Below, in pieces: positions 8,958-14,216 of a stretch of DNA of 14,216 nt (positions are counted from its first letter, which is position 1; each line of letters opens with the position of its first letter). Location: NCBI GenBank assembly GCA_018985225.1, contig JADGIF010000215.1, positions 1 to 14,216 on the forward strand. Reading direction: 5' to 3'. The notes beneath the pieces were generated by a model. That model did no database searches, had not been told where the DNA came from, and saw only the letters and a list, made by a program, of their open reading frames with translations. This stretch comes from Amoeboradix gromovi X-113 (lineage: Eukaryota > Fungi > Sanchytriomycota). The position numbers and the translations under genes were made by a program.

Positions 8958-9239
8958 CAAAACTACAGCTATCCTGAATGATTTTAAGTTGTGCCATGGC
9001 GATTTGGTTCCTTCACGTTTATCCTGAAGGCGGCATTAGTATAAGCGATTCGTATTAAAACGCCAAAGAAAAAAAATTGAAGCAGTGCGTTTGACTTCCT
9101 ATGGCTAATGCTTGAACAGCTTCATTTTGCATTAAAATATCGATGGATTTAGTTCCTGATGACTTGGTTGGTATTACTTGATGATATTTGACTGCAGCTC
9201 TTTGGAACTTAGTGAAAGTAGTTACTCCTCGTTAAAAAT

Positions 9240-9434
9240 CCAGTTCCTCAGTGTTGATGAATGTATGCTGTACCTGTTAGTTATTTCTTTAGATTTGACA
9301 TATTCGGGATTAGATCCATCAATTCCATTTACCATTTGCGAATAGGAAGAACATCGAGTATTTAAGCTATTGGAAAAGTCTTGAAATTATACAAAAATGC
9401 ATACAGATTCGCAATAAATGATTTATTCAAGAAA
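9240..9434 (-). mobile_element. Decayed IS607-like element remnant, copy B
   Basis: Direct repeat of 1376-1580 (17 substitutions in 195 aligned nt plus one 10-bp indel, manual count). From ATG 9335 encodes MVNGIDGSNPEYVKSKEITNRYSIHSSTLRNW, after which similarity to copy A ends. Confidence 0.6.
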
Positions 9435-9518
9435 CAATCGACCTCTTGTTTTATTCTTGGCCTAGTAGCTATATTTGATGTCTCAAAGGCTCTCCGAAAT
9501 AATGAAAATAAACAAACA

Positions 9519-9575
9519 GGACATGAAATATAAAAACTAGACTAACTTTCTGAAATAGTTTGAATCATTATTTCA
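9519..9575 (+). repeat. Dispersed repeat family B, copy 2
   Basis: 49/57 identity to the reverse complement of 24-80. 9520-9540 also forms an imperfect inverted repeat (17/21) with 9462-9482. Confidence 0.75.
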
Positions 9576-9772
9576 AGTGTGTATTAACCAGTAGTAATTA
9601 AATTAAATTAATCTGACTGGTTGCACCTTTTGCTTAGACACTCTAAGACCTTATTTTAAGGAGAGGAATGACATTAATGAAAGAAGGACTTTTATTAATA
9701 ATAGTATTTCCTCCTTATGGAGCACCTAATTTAAAAACGACTTGGTCTAGTTTTTATATCTGGTGTCCCAAA

Positions 9773-12470
9773 TTAAATCAGTCCAAATCCACTCGAATTT
9801 TGTATTGCGATCAGCAGCAGCTCTCTTAGCTTATCAGGGCTTGAATATTCAGGTAACAATAGTCTTCCAAAGCATGTCAGTGCAGTTGGTAGTCTCCCAG
9901 AGTCCTGGCCATTTTGTTGAATTACAAATGTTAATGCCTTAAATCCCTTCAATGGAATCCTGTCACTAGCGGTAACGAAAACCAGCATCGCTTTCTTTTG
10001 TTCTTCGGTGAATGAATGCAAGATCTTCCAAAATTCACTAAGTAAATAGGAAATACCGTATGTATCTTTGTTCTGGGCTATATCCTTCATATTGTACATG
10101 CTTTTCTAGCTCTTTGAAATCCAATGCTGGCGAACCCATTAATATCTTGCTTAATTCCGTTCCTCTGAATTCTTTCAAAATTAATCCGCTTGTTCTCCAA
10201 AACCCATCGTAAAGTTTCTCAAACTGACTCTCAACTCCTACATTCATCTTGTGTTGTATAAAAAGCTCAATGTATTCTTGCTTATTCCCATTGGTTACTT
10301 TTGTATTGCTACCATTATTTATCAGCTCATAGGTTTTTATACCATATATGGTGTCGTAGCTGACATCAAAACATAGTTCTAAATCTGTCACATCTTCGCT
10401 TAATAGCATTAACAACCCTTTTCCCATATCTGGGAATATTTCTATAAAATCATCCATTTTTAATTCTTCTTTGTTTAGTTTTTTGAAGATGGCTACTGGC
10501 AGCCTGTAATCTAATATAATACCGTTATATCCTGCTAATCCCATCATTATCCCCACCATTTCTATCATTTCCAAATCCGCATCATGTCTCAACCAATGAG
10601 AAGTTCTGGTTGATACAAATAAACCCAAGTCAGGGTCCATAACACTTTTAATAAACATCAAAAACAGCTCTTTTTGCACGCCCCCCTGATCTAGCCCTTG
10701 TTCTATATCGAATCTTATTCGTAGTGGCTTCTTGTAGTTAGCGAGTATATACTGCTTATAGCTGATTATATCTTGTAGTAGCGTATCCCTTTTAATTTCT
10801 AATAAACAATATGGATTGCTCAATTGCGCCAGCAATTTATCTAGCTCATTTATTGTGATAGACTCTTCCAAGATTCTGCTAGCATGAACTATAAAACTAT
10901 GGTTCACTATTGCATTCTCGTACTCATTAGTCATTTGCGATAGTGATTGCATTTGATATAATCTAGTTTTAGCCACACAGTCAAATAGAAACAAGTAAGC
11001 ACCCAAATCGGTGTTGTTTTTAAAATCAACTAAATTCCCCAATGATTCGTTATAAAACAGCTGAATATCATTGTATTCAGTGGCAACATAAATACTTTTA
11101 ATGAATAACAACGCTTGTGTCAATCCTTTGGAATATTCATTATTATTATGAAGCGAATTCTCATATTGACTAGTGATATACTCGTTAACCATTGCTACAA
11201 CAGTTCGCAGATGTGGTTTGTTGGTAGTTAGCATATTTTTGTACTTTGATTGCTGCTGCGTTGTTGCATTGTTATAGCATTTAATTACCGCTATCAACAG
11301 GTTGCTGCTATTTACGTGCGGATAAATACTGACCATATACACTATCATGTACATAAGAGAGTGATCCTTGTAAAGTGAAGTCTTTAAACTAGACAATAAA
11401 GAAGAAAGAGCATCATTTAACACTGTGACAAGATTGCTATTCGCTATAATATCGTAGCATACTAGTAAATCAGTATAGTTGATTTTACTGCTGCTAGTAG
11501 TAAATGAATTCAGCATTATCAAAGGGTCACTGAAAAGTACGTGAATAGCAGCGGATAATAGTGATTTGATATGATTAACATCAATATTGCTTAGTTTGCT
11601 GAATGACTTTAAGGCAGTCAGACTTTTTGAGCGGTGAGTTGATTTTTTCTGGCGGTTGTTTCCTATCTTGGCAACATTTCGAGTCTTGAAAAAATCCTGA
11701 CTCAAGGAATCTATCATCTTCTGGATAACTGCAGAGTTGATTACTGTAGGTATGTCAGGAATGAATGATTTGATGAACTGTTCTGGATACTCCATTGATT
11801 TGTAAGCATCGAACTTGTTGTGAGAACAAGTTGTAGATCTACGGCGAATATTAGATATGTTAACTGGTATCATTGGCGAAATGCTAGGGCGATGAGAATG
11901 TATTGAAATAGATGAATTTGATGGTAAATCAAATATCATTGGATTGCTAGAGTCATAGTTCAGTGTGCTAGCTGGAACGATAGGAATTATTGGAACTATG
12001 TTGCTACTTGCATGTGAGTCTGGAGAGGGGTTGTAAGGCGACTTTGATGGTTGGATTGTTAATATCTTGTCAAATAAGGCCTCAGAGAAATGCGCTTTAA
12101 GCAAATGATCAATAGAACTAGTTTTCAGACGATTCCCAATCGCGTTAGGTTTTATATTTGGAGCCTCGTAGTAAAGACCGAGTTCAGATAAAGAAGTGTT
12201 CAAACAATTGGACAAGATGACATCCAATTTCGAAGCAGTAGATTCTGGAATATTTAGTTTAGCCGAGAATTCAGCGATACTAGGGATAGTCGCTGGGATA
12301 TCTGGGCATAAATATTGTTTACCAGCACGTCCAAAAATGGAATGGGCTAAAACTAAAGCAACATCTTTAGGAACATTAGGAAACGAAGGATTAGATTTGC
12401 AAAATAGTATACTACACTGCGTATTACAGCCTTGAGTTATTTGATAGTAGTACCTTTGAACTGTTTCCAT
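9773..12470 (-). CDS. HECT E3 ubiquitin ligase with N-terminal AZUL-like domain (UBE3A/E6AP-like); exons 12470-10057 and 10037-9773; ~892 aa
   Basis: N-terminal RYYYQITQGC…C…FC (AZUL-like). HECT motifs KPLRIRF…EQGLDQGGVQKE, GLAGYNG, FVTASDRIP, catalytic RLPTALTCF, C-terminal GFGLI. Confidence 0.92.
10038..10056 (-). other. Spliceosomal intron, 19 nt (HECT ligase)
   Basis: Minus strand GTATTTCCTATTTACTTAG. Removal gives YSPEQRYIR|EFWKILHSF, the conserved HECT IxxFW segment. Confidence 0.92.
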
Positions 12471-12762
12471 AAGCGCTGAAAAGATGGCTTGATTATTTCA
12501 AATTATTAAATAAAAACTGAAGCCCCTTGAGAATGTATAATCTGGCGATAGTTAACTTTTTGATTGCTAATTCGCTGCGACTACAAGATTGTTTAACTAC
12601 TCAGTCATTTCAATATTGAGTGGATTCTACTGATGAAAAACTTTCAATTGACTCATTTTAATCCTTTCTTATTCTTAAGTAAATGAACCGATTTGAATTC
12701 AAAACATAATAAATTATCATTAAGCAAACTTGAATATTTCTTAGAATGTGGCTTGGCCTTTT

Positions 12763-13894
12763 ATGCTTTTCGTGAATTCCCTGGCATCTGCAGCATGCAG
12801 CACATTATATCAAAAAGATCTTAGCGATCCAAATGTGCCAAGCCTGTTTACTAATGATAGTATTTTATTTGAAATTGCTAGTGACTCGTTGACATATTGG
12901 ATTGAATTGATCTCGAATGCACAGCCAAATGGTAAATTGACATATAATTTAAACCAGACAGTAGATACCAGCAATCTTCCAACCTGGATTGTATTTGATG
13001 CTAAAGTTGCTTCACTAGGTGCCAATGACACGAAGCCATCCGACAATATTCCGAAGTTTGAAGTAGCAATTACTGCTAGGTATGGCCCTGGTAATTCATA
13101 TGTCACTAGTGTTGTGTCATCAATGGCATATGCAAACTTGACCTCTAATGAATGGTCCACATTGAAAATTTCAACCAAGGACATTGCTGTTGGGACGCAA
13201 ATTTCTCAAATTGCATTTCAGAAAATAGATGCTTCTGAATTATACATCAAATCTATAAAAATCGAAACCCAGGATTGTACAGCTAGAAACGCGCTAGTGC
13301 TTCAAGATTTTCGAACGTCTGCATACAATTTACGTAAGGTTAGTTACTTGAATCACCTTATTGCACCAAGTAGTTTATCAACTTTAGATGCAAATGGTTT
13401 GCAATTTAAAGGAGCCGGGTCCGGCTCAGTTGCGGCTAACAGATTTAGATTAAACCCTCAATGTAAGTTACCTTTTACTGGAATCTCTTTCACTGGTACC
13501 TATTTTTAATTTAGCATATACGGAATCATCTGCCACTGATATGACTGTAGGATTCGGCTTTAGGCCTGGAAATCAAGCTTGCAATTTTGACACAGACCTG
13601 ACATATATTTTTCCTGATGGTTATATCATTTCCTTAACAACTGTTAATCAAATGTTTTATGTGAACTTTCCTGAAGATGCTTTAAATGCATTAAAAGACA
13701 ACATAATGGAATTGGTCTTTAAGCAAGCTACTACTGACAATGTTCATATTTCTAACATCGTATTATACACGAAAGCAGTTGGTGTTAAAACTTCCGGTAA
13801 AACCAACATTGTAGATATTGGAAATATGGGTGACGCTAGTTCGTTCAACTTCCAGATGCTGTTGACAGTTGGTGCTATTTTGGCCTTACAGTAA
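12763..13894 (+). CDS. Uncharacterised secreted, probably GPI-anchored protein; exons 12763-13495 and 13515-13894; ~370 aa
   Basis: First in-frame ATG gives MLFVNSLASA (signal-like). Hydrophobic C-terminus GDASS…MLLTVGAILALQ. The two track ORFs join in frame after removing a 19-nt intron. Confidence 0.75.
13496..13514 (+). other. Spliceosomal intron, 19 nt (secreted protein gene)
   Basis: GTACCTATTTTTAATTTAG. Same 3' nonamer as the FRS1 intron. Removal gives ISFT-A-YTESSATDMTV in frame with ORF 13541-13894. Confidence 0.85.
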
Positions 13895-14050
13895 TTGATA
13901 CTTGTTCAGTAAACTACTTTATCGCCTTAATGCATTTTCTTAAGTTCTTTTACTAATAAAATGCAATATTTGTTCTTCTAATTGATGAAAAGTGGCTTCA
14001 AATCTTCTCAGACAAGATATATCAAATCAGAAGAGCTAATTAAGCACAAG

Positions 14051-14216
14051 CGTTAAATTCGAAGATCTGAAATAAATCAGAGTTGACATCTCTCAAGCGT
14101 AGATAACTTGTAAGACACCATTTAAGCATATTTTTGCATCGCCTACGTTAAGTGTGAAGATTTCAAACCCCACACTTCTCAAGTGTAGACAACTTGGGGA
14201 GATACCATTTGAGCAT
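14051..14216. repeat. Degenerate tandem duplication (~86-95 nt period), cut by the window end
   Basis: 14091-14129 vs 14177-14216 match at 33/40. 14051-14072 vs 14146-14167 match at 17/22. Confidence 0.75.

Noticed and set aside
9156-9225. CTGATGA…GAAA as a hammerhead ribozyme core
   Set aside because: No convincing stem II or III pairing around the core nucleotides.
333-13184. Other short antisense ORFs (333-560, 3053-3334, 6044-6253, 7130-7345, 12196-12435, 12810-13184)
   Set aside because: All lie opposite well-supported genes, and several use non-ATG starts that are unlikely in a eukaryote.
3069-13894. ORFs 3069-3341, 4077-4388, 9773-10099 and 13541-13894 as separate genes, pseudogene halves or programmed frameshifts
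   Set aside because: Each is the last exon of the upstream gene, joined exactly by a consensus GT-AG intron.
303-13894. Ciliate-type code (TAA and TAG both Gln)
   Set aside because: TAA falls at the expected C-terminus of the conserved proteins and never inside exons.
14091-14216. CRISPR-like repeat-spacer-repeat
   Set aside because: Eukaryotic context, no cas genes, repeats only 33/40 identical, and the spacer is itself partly homologous to the sequence before the first repeat.

Overview
This is not prokaryotic DNA. It is a gene-dense, AT-rich nuclear segment from a compact-genome eukaryote with an aerobic mitochondrion. The fungal-type COX7/ATP23 suggest an early-diverging fungus or fungal relative (inference; the taxon cannot be fixed from this window). 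Eight protein genes: ATP23, YME1, COX7, PheRS beta (FRS1), SQT1/AAMP-like WD40, a YihQ-like GH31 glycosidase, an AZUL-HECT (UBE3A-like) E3 ligase, and an orphan secreted/GPI-type protein. Four genes that look broken in the ORF track rejoin exactly by removing ultra-small 19-20 nt GT-AG introns. These share a rigid consensus (GTA...A at -6...TAG) and each lies 265-380 nt upstream of the stop. All eight genes end in TAA, five overlapping AATAAA, while YME1 has one in-frame TAG inside its conserved protease domain. Intergenic DNA holds two ~91% identical copies of a decayed element encoding an IS607-TnpA-like HTH N-terminus (the family that carries TnpB/Fanzor2), plus other small repeats.
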